A stretch of 64,000 nt of DNA from Selaginella moellendorffii (Eukaryota > Plantae > Lycopodiophyta), in assembly GCF_000143415.4 (NCBI RefSeq), contig NW_003314328.1:242995-306994 (forward strand), given 5' to 3'. The position numbers and the translations under genes are program-made. A model generated the notes under the pieces. That model searched no databases. It saw nothing but the letters and a program-made list of their open reading frames with translations, and was not told the DNA's origin. Every line of letters begins with the position of its first letter. Position 1 is the first letter of the stretch. Positions 25,901-38,089 of this stretch are shown one piece after another.

Positions 25901-27362
25901 ATACTGGCATTATTGCCAGTCGAGCCTCGACTTGGCAAGATGCTCATAATGGGATCCATCTTCCGCTGCCTAGACCCTGTTCTAACAATTGCTGCCGGTT
26001 TAGCTGCTCGTGATCCTTTCATTATGCCAATGGACAAGAGAAATGTGAGTAAACTTGTGCTCTAAAACTCCGGCGTCTAACATACCATCCAACTTCAACA
26101 GCTAGCAGATCAAGCCAAATACGATTTTGCTGGTCGGGAAGCCAGCGATCATATAGGCCTCGTTCGAGCCTTTGAAGGGTGGGAAGCCGCAATGAGCAAC
26201 CAGGTGGCGTCTTCATATTGTTGGAAGAACTTCCTATCAATGCAAACATTGCTAGGAATGAGTTCTCTCCGGAAGCAATTTATAGGGCTCTTGACAACGG
26301 CAGGGCTTATCACGGATGACCTGGGATTTTTCAACAGGTATAGTCAAGACCCGGTTGTCTTAAGGGCTGTCATCTGCTCGGGTTTGTTCCCTGGAGTTGC
26401 CTCCGTGATGGTAAGTGTGTATTTTCTATTTTCAAAGTTCTCTAAGCTTGTCTATTTGAATGTTTGAGCAGAAAAAACAAAAGTCTGTGTTGTATAAAAC
26501 CATCGAGGATGGCCAAGTTTTGCTTAGTGCTGTAAGTGGGATTTTGTCCTGTTTTTCTACCTCTAACTTGTCATTTTGTTCGTAGAGTTCGGTAAACTCC
26601 AGGGACTTCAATCCTAAAAATCCCTGGCTAATGTACAGCGAGAAGATCAAAATGTCAAGCGTGATGGTCCGTGATTCAACCTGCATTTCAGATTCAACGC
26701 TTTTGCTGTTTGGAGGCAAATTGATCGATGGCCACGCGGTATGCTCTCTTGGATTTTCTTTTACCTTCTTCTCACTTCGATACTGCTGCTAGCCTGGACA
26801 CATTCTTATGCAAGGGAGCTACTTGGAGTTCTTCATGAAAGTAGACGTAGCGAACACTGTCATGAGACTTCGCCAGGAGATGGACAAACTAATCCTCCGA
26901 AAGGTGAGCTCTGTCTCAAACTCGACACTCCTCTCACTTTTCTCTCACTCGCAGCTGGCTAATCCCTCCATGGACATCTACACGGAGAACAAGGAGCTCG
27001 TGGACGCTGCCTTCGAGCTCATGCGAGGGGACGACTGCTCGGGCAGCTTCGTCTTTGGCCGGGCCACCAAAGGCAGCGGCTTCTCCAAAGGCTCGGCGGA
27101 GCTCCAAGACAAAGGCACTCCAGACACCAAAGGAATTCTCCAAACTTTGGTCCAGCGAGCAGGCTTTGCGGTTCCAACGTACCAGACGAGATCGTCGGGG
27201 TCTCAGTTCATATCGTGCGTGGTTGTCCGAGGCAAGAAATTTATTGGCGAGCCCGCCGAGTCGAAGAAGCAAGCCGAGAAGAACGCCGCCGCCATGGCCG
27301 CCGAGTGGCTCACGAGCTTACCAAGGATGCAAGACGTTCTCTCGGCAGGCAAATATTTTTGA
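22902..27362 (+). CDS. DExH-box ATP-dependent RNA helicase (DHX36-like plant DExH group) with C-terminal dsRNA-binding motif; multi-exon
   Basis: [52 protein letters not shown]2/OB region, KKQAEKNAA dsRBM. Confidence 0.95.
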
Positions 27363-27565
27363 CGTGATAGATCCTAGCTATACTAAAAACTATGGAAGCT
27401 CCGCGACTCCATGGACAATAGTTTTCCCATGGACATTAGAGGACAATAGGTTGTCCAGAGAGAATGTAACATATTCTCTTAACGGATATCGCTACTTTTT
27501 AAAACCCTTCTATAAAGCCTTGTTTTGGTGTTCTAAGTTGCGAGCTCTAGGGTTTAATGCAGCGA

Positions 27566-29780
27566 ATGGCGTTGCCGCTGTGGAGCGCTACCGGCAACGC
27601 GCGAATGCCACTGGCGCTGCCTGGCGCGCATCTCCTGGCGGATTATGGCTCCTTGCGCGCTCCTGGCCGAGGTATTTGTGAGGATTGCTCGATTGTTTTG
27701 AGAATGCGGCTTGCGCAGCGTCCAGGAGCTTGAGCATCCTGGCGGCAATAGCGCACGACACCTATGAGGAGCCGAAGAAGTCTTTCGAGGCTCGCGTCAA
27801 GGAGGAGGTGTCTATCGATTTGAATCCGCCGCGCGGGACAAGGGATTTCGCCCCGCCGCTGATGCTGCTGAGGAACTGGCTGTTCTCGCATTTTAAAGAG
27901 GTATGCCAAGCTACACGATAGAATGCTTATTATTTTTTCTTTTTTCTTCTCTCGCGCTTCCAGGTCTCAAGATTATTTGGATTTGAGGAGGTGGACTTTC
28001 CGGTGGTGGAGTCGGAAGCTCTATACATCAGAAAAGCTGGAGAAGAGATTACACAGCAGGTATGAAGCGCTACATTCTTATCTTTTAGCTTTTCCTTGCG
28101 CTCTTTCTGTTGGTTTCAGCTCTATAATTTTGAAGACAAATCTGGGCGCAGACTATGCTTGCGACCAGAAATTACGCCGTCGATAGCAAGGCTTATCATC
28201 CAAAAGGGGTGTGTATCTAACTCTCTTATTTCTCATCTCGTGTTGCAGTTGTGAGGTTGTTTTGCATGAATATAAAGCCGCATGCTGTACTGATATGAAT
28301 GTATGGAGGCAAGTGTTTGTTCTGCTTTTGTGTTTAGCTAGCATTCAGTTCCTGAAGATGAGATTGATGCATTTGACGTCTTCTGCAGGAAATCGCTCGT
28401 TTTCCCTCTGCGATGGTTTACGATTGGCCAGTGCTGGCGTTATGAGAGAATGACGAAGGGAAGAAGAAGAGAACATTATCAATGGAACATGGACATATTT
28501 GGGGTGCCTGGCGTTGAGGTAGAAACTTGTTTTGAATGTTGGAGTTACAGATCGTTGTGCCCGCAGGCAGAAGCTGAACTCCTTGCAGCTATTGTCACTT
28601 TATTCACTAGCATGGGGTTCACCGCAAATGATGTGCGGATACGTGTCTCTAATCGTAAGGTCAGACCCGAGATTTTTTTTTGTTTTTTATCTGACGATAA
28701 ACTGACAGGTGCTCCAAGCTGTTTTAGATCGATATTCTGTTCCACAGGACAAATTCAACAGTGTATGTGTAGTTGTAGATAAGGTAGGGAACTTTTTCTT
28801 TCTTTTTATCCCCCTCTTTCCGAGATCTCTAATAGACTTCATGCAGCACTTTTGTGTCTTCTAGATCAGCAAGATCTCCAAAGAGGAAGTCGACCAACAA
28901 CTCATGGACCTGGGACTCTCTTCCACGGCTATCAATGGAATTAGACATGCTATACTACTTAAAAACCTTGATGATATTCAAGGTAAGAAGTTTGTGTTTT
29001 GTAAAGTTTTTTACATTTCGTTTTCACTCTTGTTTTTTTCGTAACAGAATTAATTGGGTCTTCAAGCGAGGCATTTTTGGAAATGAAGAAGTTGTTTGCT
29101 TTGTCAAAAGCTTATGGCTACGACGAGTGGCTAGTTGTAGATTTGGGAATAGTGCGGGGACTGTCATACTACACGGGTATCGTATTTGAGGTCTGTTCGG
29201 GTTATATTGTTTTCTCTACTGCTTACACCAACTTTCTAGGCATTTGATACGCAAGGGAAATTTCGTGCAATCTGTGGTGGTGGTCGATACGATAAGCTTA
29301 TTTCAAATTTTGGAGGCCCTTCGATACCCGCCTGCGGATTTGGTTTTGGGGATGCAGTTATTGTAGATGTAAGATTTGGCTTCTTGCTAACTTGACAAAG
29401 TAAGTTTTTGTTGCTTTCCAGCTTTTAAACGAATGCAATCTATCGCCAGTTCTCGGACACGAGGTTGACGACGTTGTGTTCGTCTTGGATGAGGAGCTCC
29501 GCTGTCATGCGTGCAACATTGTGTCGCGGCTGCGCTCGGCTGGACGTACTGTTGATATGATTTTAGAAAACAAAAAACTGAAATGGTATGTTTTCCTGTG
29601 TCCTTTCCGGAGTTCTCATGGTTGGTATGCAGGGTATTCAATTATGCATCAAGAATAGATGCAAAACGCATGATTCTCTTGGGCATAAGAGAGTGGGAAG
29701 AGGGAAATGTTCGCGTGAAAGATCTAGTTACGAGAGAGGAGACCGACGTAAAGGTGGCTGAACTGGTAAGAATGTTCTAA
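27566..29780 (+). CDS. Histidyl-tRNA synthetase, organellar (plastid/mitochondrial) type; multi-exon
   Basis: Transit-peptide-like N-terminus; [59 protein letters not shown]; anticodon-binding domain. Confidence 0.95.
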
Positions 29781-29813
29781 TCCTTGTCGAGGCCTAATAC
29801 TTCCATGTTGCAG

Positions 29814-30396
29814 GTGCCAAGAGTTCCCAAAGAGGTTGGTCTATATAGGCCGAAACATCTCAACATTTTTACTCGTTTTGCAGGTGCAGCGTGGTCAGGG
29901 TAAACTCCCTGACAAGGAACGCAATCTTCGTTATTTACATCCCGACGAGGTGAAATTGGTTGATGCCTCTGGAAGATATCCGGAAGAGTATGAAGTAGGA
30001 TTTCCTAGTCGTGGCATTCTGGAGGCTTTTGTGGACGAGTGCAAGCAGAAGCATGCCGAATTCAAACGCAGGCGCCGGGGAGACCCTGCTCCGGGTAAGT
30101 CCCGTCTTCTGAAAATATGCGTACTGAAATTTCCTTGTGCAGGGCACCTTAAGTACGTTCTAAGGGAGATGAACCTTGAAGACGTTGATCTCGAAGATTT
30201 GACAATAGATGACGCCATGAATCTGTGGGTGAAAAACTCGGGCGGTATTATTTGGGAGGATGCATATCAGTTGATACACGATCATAAGCTCTCAATCTCC
30301 CACATACTGGACATGGATGTTTTTAAAGGACAAGGGAAGCTGGCTGCCTTGAAAACAAGACGAGAACCGAACATTCCCAACTATCTTGACGACTAA
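29814..30396 (+). CDS. Three coding-like exons of unknown function (29814-29834, 29884-30094, 30143-30396), possibly a spliced HisRS C-terminal extension
   Basis: Canonical 48-49 nt GT-AG introns keep one frame to TAA at 30396; no room for a separate promoter after the HisRS stop. Confidence 0.55.
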
Positions 30397-30654
30397 ATAC
30401 TGTACGTCTTTCATTGTTTCCTGACCCCGTGAAAAGTTGGCTCTTCGCTCTTTCAGAAACAACGGATGCTGTGAGTTTACGTGATCTTGTACATTGTAGG
30501 CAACGAAATCTGGTAATTGAAGCTTTCTTTGGTGACTTTATCGAGTTTTCATCTACAAACAAGCCTCTCAGGTACCTAGCAAGAAAATAGCCAGCCAGCA
30601 CTTTGCTACAAGCCGGGAAGCTTTGTCAATAATCAACCCTACGACCAACCAGGT

Positions 30655-32271
30655 TCAGCAGCATTTCCAGGCAGACGCAGAAGCTAAGACCTTTCCTTGG
30701 AAACCGAGCAGCAGGCTTCCGTCGTCCTTGACGAGGTCAAATCCCCTGGTCTTGTTATTACCGGCCTTCTCGAAGTTGAACAGGCCGAGCGCAAGCTTCT
30801 CGCACATGTCACTGAGTTTGGAGCAGCACAGGCCGGCGTGACTCATCCACAGGTTCCATTTCTCCAGCCGCTGGTGCTCCAAATTTCCAGCGAGCAGCTC
30901 TTCGACCTCGGGCTTCCATACCAGCTGTTCAACTTTGTCTGCTTCCTTCAGGGAGCATTCCTCTGAAGCAGCAACACACTCTGCCAGTGCCGTGTAGTAG
31001 TCCAAGCCTTCTCGGAAGCGTTCGATGAACGAAGGCTGTGGCTCCATCTCCTGCTCGACAAGCAACACTATCTTCGGGTGGGAAGCTCGGATGGAATCCA
31101 GTGCCTCGGCAACAGGTACCAACTTGTGAAGTCCGAACACAAAGTTGACGACGAGCACCTCGTGCACCTTAAGGCCCATGTCGGACAAGCTCAACGGACT
31201 TCCGGACCGTGTTAGCACGCCACAGAACTCAAACTCCGCGCATCCGGCATTCTTGGGATGGTCCCGAGCCAGCTCTCTCAAGCTCTCCAAGGCGAAGTAG
31301 AGTGCATGCTGGCGGGTGCTGGTCAGAGTTATTCGAATCTTGATCGGCCTGGGGAGCTTCTGCTCGAGGGTGGAGGCTACGAAGGATGACCACTGGCCCC
31401 CGAAGGAAGAGTTCATTGAGGGCGAGTTGGCTGCTTCGGACAGATCGAGGATGTGCACGCATTCCTCGGACTCGATGGCCTCGGCGATGGCCTGGTTGGC
31501 GATGAAGTGTGCACACTTGAGCAGAGTGGAGGTGTCATACAGGCTCTTGCAAGCAGCAATCCGCTCGACGACCTCCGTCGCATCCGTCGAAGCGGGAGCT
31601 GGAGTGGAACTCCGTGCTTTCCTCTTGGACAGCCTCTCCGCGAGGATATCCCTGAAGAGGAGGCCGATTCGATAAGCTGGAGGTTGGAGCTTATGGAACT
31701 GTTGATTCTGATGGTGCTCCTGTTGTTGCAGGAAAACTTGGTGGTGGTGGTGATCATTGAGCCGCGCCAATATCGACTGGGCGAGTTCGTCCTGACCGCT
31801 CTCGCAGGCCTCTGCCGCATGCAGCAACAACCTGCTCGGAAACGCTCCGGAATTCGAGCTTAAGACGTGCTGTTGTAACGGATGCCCCGGTTGGGCATTC
31901 GGTGGAGACAGCCTCGCCACCTTGCTCGACGGGTGTTGAAGCTCCTGCTGCTCTCTCTTGAGGCTCGGCGGCAGCGGCTGCGGCCTCAACAGGACGTGCT
32001 CGTCCACGTATGGTATCCGTGAAGCCTGCCGTTTACCAGCTTGTTGCAACTCTCGCTCCTGCTGCTGCTGGAGGAGTTGCAAAGGGCTGGGACCTGGATT
32101 CTCGACAAACAGCCCGGGGTGGAGAGCCCTTGGTGAAGAAGCTCGCATGAAGCTGGGAGCTTGTCCGAACAAGTTGGGCATGTGCTGCTGGTGCTGCTCA
32201 TCTTGAAGCATTCCAAGTAAGAACGGTTCCCTGTGCTGCTGCTGGTGCTCCAGACCAATCTGAAGATTATG

Positions 32272-32302
<31 letters not shown>

Positions 32303-32829
32303 CACAAGGAATTCATAGCCAGGGGGTCTTGAAACTGCATGGGATGGGGGTGGTGGAACAGAGGAGCTCCCGATGATACCAACGGTAGTGTCCTCCGTGT
32401 AAAGCTCTCGAGATGAGCAAGATGCGGGGGAAGCGAGCTGGTTGACGAGGACGAGGAGAGCTGCTGTTGCTGCTCCTGCTTTACCATCATCATCACCTGC
32501 TGCTGCCATGGTGGAGGAGGCGGAATTACGTTCACATCTGCTGCCCCTGCGGCTGCCGCGGAACCGCTGAAAGGCTCTTCAAACAGCCACCGTATGATAG
32601 ACGGATCAGGTGCTGGAGCTGCTGGTGGTACTCCAGGTGAAGGGCAACTCCCAAGCAACTCGCTCTCAAGCTCTTCCAGCTTTTGCTTCTCGGGGAGCAA
32701 GTGTTGCTGCTGGTGGAGATGGTGGACAAGCAACTCGTCCTGCTGGGCTCCGACCACGTCTTGGAGCAGCCACTGATCGCTCCTGCCTTGGTGCTGCTGA
32801 TGGAGAAGTTCCTGCGGAGGCTGCTGTTG

Positions 32830-32867
<38 letters not shown>

Positions 32868-33684
32868 ATCCACCGTAATTCTCCATCTGGCGAATTCCTT
32901 GGCCAGAGTAGAAGAGCGACAGTCCATAACCACTCGACGCTGCTGCCACGGCCTGCTCCAATTCATCCTGTAGATCCGCCGAGGACGACGACTGCGCAAA
33001 CGAGGAAGATATCTGCTGCTGCTGCCGCTGCTGCTGCTGCTCCTGGTGATGATTCCCTCTGGACTTCACCTTGGCAGCATCGGTGGTGCTATTGTTGCAA
33101 TCCGACGAGGAAGAGGAGGAGGCTCCTGCCTTCTTGGTATTGTTCCGGATGGCCGAGGAGGAAGAGGCCGAGCCGAGCGCGCGAGAATTGTTGGGGCTTG
33201 GGCTGCGAAGATCCAGAACGGAAGTTGGCTCTCCGGCGAATCCACCACCGGCGGTAGTGCTGCTAATCACTCCTGTTGAATCTATCGCTAACAACTGTTG
33301 GTTGTGGTTGTAGTGCTGGTGGTGGTGGTGGAAGTGTTCCCGCTCTGGCAGCTGCTGTCCAGTCCTCGCAGCAGCACCAGCAGCAGTGGCAGTGGCAGTG
33401 GCGACTTCCCAGCTGCTGTTGCTGTTGCTGCCGGTGATATTGTTGCTGCTCAGCGCAGCTTTCAAGGACTTGTTGCTGCTCAAGAACACCGCAGCGTGGC
33501 TGTGGCTATGGCTGCTACCGCTGCTGCTGCTACTGGTGGTGGTGGTGGTGGCGGTGGAGCTCAGGAGCCCATTGAGGCAGATTTGCTCCTCCTGCTGGCA
33601 CCTCTCGTAGAGCTCCTGCTGCTGCTGCTGGTGAAAGACGGGAAACGACGTTCCATGGTGTTGGCCAGAGAGCATTCCATACAT
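30655..33684 (-). CDS. GRAS transcription factor, HAM/SCL6-like, intronless, long Q/S/H-rich N-terminus
   Basis: LLLHAAEA, SILARLN, HFIANQAIAEA, VHILD (VHIID motif), GQWSSF, PFYRE-like segment, terminal SASAW; miR171 site; first in-frame ATG at 33684. Confidence 0.92.
31754..31774 (-). promoter_or_regulatory. miR171 target site in the GRAS coding sequence
   Basis: Plus strand TCATTGAGCCGCGCCAATATC vs miR171 UGAUUGAGCCGCGCCAAUAUC (20/21). Confidence 0.92.
32810..32865 (-). repeat. CAG/CAA polyglutamine tract (others at ~32270-32300 and ~33015-33045)
   Basis: Trinucleotide repeats in the GRAS N-terminus. Confidence 0.9.
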
Positions 33685-34370
33685 CTCAAGCGGCAGCAGC
33701 GCCGGCTCCTCCAGTTCCAGCTCCTCTTCCAAGGTCGGACTCTGGCCTCCTCCCTCTCCTCCTTTTGGACCGTCTCCCTCGCGCGACCATTAATTTTGAT
33801 CTCTGCAGGAGCAGCGAAGGATCAATCCAGATAGATCACGAGAAGAAACAAACACAAAAGTGGAGAAGCGAAGTTCTAGAGGTAAGCACTGTGAGAGATT
33901 GCCTAGCTGCTGGATTGGATTGGATTGGGGAGAGAGAGAGAGAGGGAAAGCTTTTCTAGCTCGCTTTTCTCGCTTGCTTGTTTGCTCACCTCCTTTTTGT
34001 TCTTCGTGCGCTTGTTTTTGTTGTGGGGTGGCCTGCTATACTGCTGCTCTGCTGCTGCTAGAGCTGCTACTGATGTGGTGTTTGTTCTAGCAAATCATCT
34101 GCAGATCCCCGCCCTGTCCGACCGACAACACTCTACGAGGCCGCCTCGCAATCGGACAAGCACCACTCGGCCTCGCCTCTTTGTTTGTTTGTGCGCCACA
34201 ATGAATGCTCGCGGCCTTGAGCAAGACGAACAAAAGCCTCGAGAAGGAGAAGAGAAGATGAAGAAGAATGCGTGCTTTATCTTATATACAAGGGGCGCGC
34301 GCGCGCGCGCCGGGCGATCGCCCACTCAACCAGCAAAGCGGACAAGCGAGCTGGAGGAGGAAGAAAAAAT

Positions 34371-34402
<32 letters not shown>
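34371..34402. repeat. (GA)n microsatellite upstream of the GRAS gene (others at ~33930 and ~46078-46108)
   Basis: Direct reading. Confidence 0.9.
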
Positions 34403-37400
34403 CCTAGTAAACAGGGGAGGAAGGAGGACGAAGCCCAGGAACCCTAACAATCATCTTGGTGGGCATTGTACTTTTGACGTCTTTGACAACGAGGTCAGTG
34501 AAAGCTCTCCCTTCCAAAACTGAAGGCTCGTGCTTTCTCACTTACTATAGCTCCTTCTGAGCAGAGGGTGGCGGCAGGAGAAACTAATTGGCACTGGTTA
34601 ACTCTGAAGTTCAATTTAAACTTTTTGAATTTTATTACCTTTTGTGGTAAATTAGAGGGAAAAGTGAACTGCTGCCCTAAACACTCTTCCTGCTACATAC
34701 TAAAAGTGGGCTGGGCCATACCTAATGCAAATAAAAGATATGTATGTGCTCATGTCTTGGCTTTAGAATTATTAGGTTACAAAAGTTGTATAGAGGGCAG
34801 GTGACCTACCTTTGGCTTCTTCATATTGCTCCATGGTGTTTAAAGAATTATTTTAATTTATTTTTTCAAAGTTTTCCTCTCTTGTTTTGCTTTGATTTTC
34901 TTTTCTGGGGTGTTTTTTTCTTTGTTGTTTGTTGGGGCCCCCTGCTCCCTTGCAAGCAGTAATAGTACCCCTCAGCAAGCTCCAATAATTCATAAAGGAG
35001 AAAAGGAAAACCCTCAAAATGCCCTGGACTGGATCTTACCTTACACAGCAATTGGATTGGATTGGATGCCTCTCCCCTTGTTGATTGTGTGTAATGCCCA
35101 AACAATGCAACTAGTGTCCTAGTGGTGTCCTGTCAAGATGGTCGAGTCTTCGTACATATGTTATATGAAGTGAAAGATCACCATATTATATACGCCAAAG
35201 CTCCCACAAACAAGCCCTGCGTTGGCGTCTGGATATATATTATAATTGTATACTTCCATTCGATGGCCGCAACTTCACACACACACGAAACGAGAAAACC
35301 AGAGATTCGCTCCTTTGTTCTTGCTAAACGGGAACCCTTTGCCCAATTCATCGTCTTGTTGTTCTTTCTTGTCATAGATTTCAACTGTACACGGTAGAAA
35401 AAGCTCCAGTTTGGACACCCATGACCTCATCATCTATAAACCCAGAAAGTATTTCAGATTTGTAGCTCCACAGCAAGCCATGGCAAACAAAACTTTAGCA
35501 GCCGTCATCCTTTGGGCGCTTTGGACTTTCTTTCGTTGTCACCCAACCTGAAAGATCTGACTGACGCCTTAGAAATCGCCATCCCGGGTCCATTTCCTTT
35601 GTCCATCCCGTCCGATTTTTCCCTGTATACCGGTGTACACACATGGATGGCGAGCTCATGGAAAAGGTGGTGGATTTGATCGGTTAACTGTTGATCTCCC
35701 ACTCAAGAAATGTGTGTGTGTGAGAGTCTGTGTTTTCCGGCCTGTCATCTCACATAGCTAACATAGTGTCACAATCGCTGATGCAACTCGCTGTTCTCCC
35801 CCACAAGCATGACATGAACATGAAATGAAGCACACTTTTTTGCTGCTGCTGAGAGCACTGCTGCTGCCGCTGTGCCCCACACAAGCAGCAAGCCCATATC
35901 AGTGTGTCGCTTTCTCACAAATGCCGGAGATGGGGGAGGAAAGATTTGAGATTTCTATCCGGAATCATGAGAACTACTGCCCTTTTGCGACCAAATCGTG
36001 TAGGGTTAGCTGGTTTTCTTGTCTATCATGGAGCAAACCACGCTAGCTTACGAGCTCTAAGAGGCGGTGATCAAACAAAGACGCTCTCTATCTATTCAAC
36101 GAATTACACATGCCCCCAATGGTTTGGAGGCGCACGGAAGCGCACAGGTGATGGATCCACTGGCCGTACGAATCGACGCCATCTTCGCCACCACATGAAA
36201 ATGGAGGGAACTTTCTTCTTCTTTTTCCCTCCTTTCAAATTTTCGAAAAGCTGTGATTATTCGCGGGCATATACCGGTCAGCGTTGGTGGCCCGTGCTCC
36301 CTGGACGTAGAAAAAAAAAAGCGAAGGAAAACATTAAAAATCAAAATGGTGGCAGGGCAGCCCTCGTGCGTGGCTGCCAGTGGTCAGTGCAACAAAATAA
36401 TAATTTCCAGTTCTTTTTTATAATAAAAAAGAAAGCCACGACTTTAGAGCGAAAATGTGGATAGGAAGAAGCACAATTCTAAAAAGAAGGCCCTGCGAGC
36501 TTTTACACCAGTGCTTTATTAGAGACAAGTTCTCTGCGTGGGCGTGGTGTGTGCCGGCCACTCACGAGTCTGTCCTGCCTGAGTACTACTGGTGCTCTGC
36601 TGATTTTAGGGTTCCTCCTTAGAATCCTTCGAATTCCACTTCCAATTCCGGACTCCATGTGGATGGCTGGCCGGACTGGGCTGGCTCTCCACGACATTGG
36701 TATAGTATCTCTTTTGCAGTACAAGGCTCCACACCACGTAACAAAGGCGAGCGCACTCACGAAAAAAAAAGGGGCAGAAGAAAAAAGAAGAGAAGATGAG
36801 GGGTTGGGAGATTGGTGGATTGACAGCTCCCTGCCTTTTTTTTGTTTCGATCTTTTCTAGGGCTTTGATCATGGCATGCGCGCTCTGTTTCTAGGGTTCT
36901 TGTGCCTGTCTCAACTTTCTTTGGTCTTTGGAGTCGCGGTCGCGGTCGTTGTGGTATTTGGAACTTCTCGCGAGTTGTGGCGTTCTTCCTTTTGCTTTTC
37001 AAACTTTGGAGCGAAAATGCTACATACAGGGTGATGTTTTCTTCCATGTTTTTTGATAAAGAAAACAATTATTCTAGAAGTTAGTAGACCTTGAATGCAT
37101 AGCTACACTGTACCCTACAGAAAAACCAGCAACAACCTTGTGTGTACGGGCGGTGGACTTTGAAAAGAAAGAAAAGAAAAATTCAACAGGGAGGAAAGCT
37201 TTTCTTTATTAAAAGTTTTACCAACTATCATGACCGGTTTTTGGGTTGATCAACAACTTTAAAAAGATAAAAGTCTTTTGATGATCCATCTCCGGAGTGA
37301 AGTGTGACCGACAGTGAATGAATAGATTGAGAAGCTTCTGGGTCGATACATGCCCTAAAAGCATCGATTCAAAAAAATCGATAACGCATGAGATGGAAAC

Positions 37401-38089
37401 TGATCAAGCACGACAAGCACTGCAATCCAAACAAAACCAGCAAGCAAACAAGCGAGCAATCAATGAAACAAATCAACAAAACGAAGACAGTAGCAATATA
37501 CAAGTTTACAGAGCAATCCAAAAATCAGGGGTCAATCCTAAACCTCTTGAGAAGCACTGCTACCTTTTTTTGCTCAATGTGGTTCTATAAATCATGACAT
37601 ACAACAAGCTTTGTGTTCCTTTTGTACATTTTTGCTTCAACAAACGCAGCCTGTGTAGCTATATAGTACTTCCATACTACTTCATGTCATAGCGATGTTT
37701 GTGCTCAACGGTTTCTCAGCTTTTCCAGAAACTATCAAATCCGCTGTGGAGAAAAAGGAGGATAAAAATATACAAAACTCTCTCGAGCTGATTCCCTTAC
37801 GTCAAGGTAGGATCCCCAGGATGATGTCACGAAACAAATAGAAGTAGTAGTAGTAGCGATGCTGCTCTCTTCGCCGGCTCGCCACTCATAAAGAAGGAAA
37901 TAAATCGATCCAATCTCTTGTGGGACATGAAAGCCAGATTTTGTTTACAAAAGAAAAGGTGGCAAGCACACGTTGGGATGTGGCCAAAGACAAGCGTTAT
38001 TTTATCCCCGGGTTTGGTTTTTTTGACTTCCACAAACAAGGCAAATGAATGATGAAAGAATTCTCAGTTGTGCGATCGTGGTCGTCACT

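Noticed and set aside
32532-33834. Multiple overlapping and antisense ORFs over the GRAS N-terminus
   Set aside because: Shadows of CAG/CTG repeats in GC-rich coding DNA
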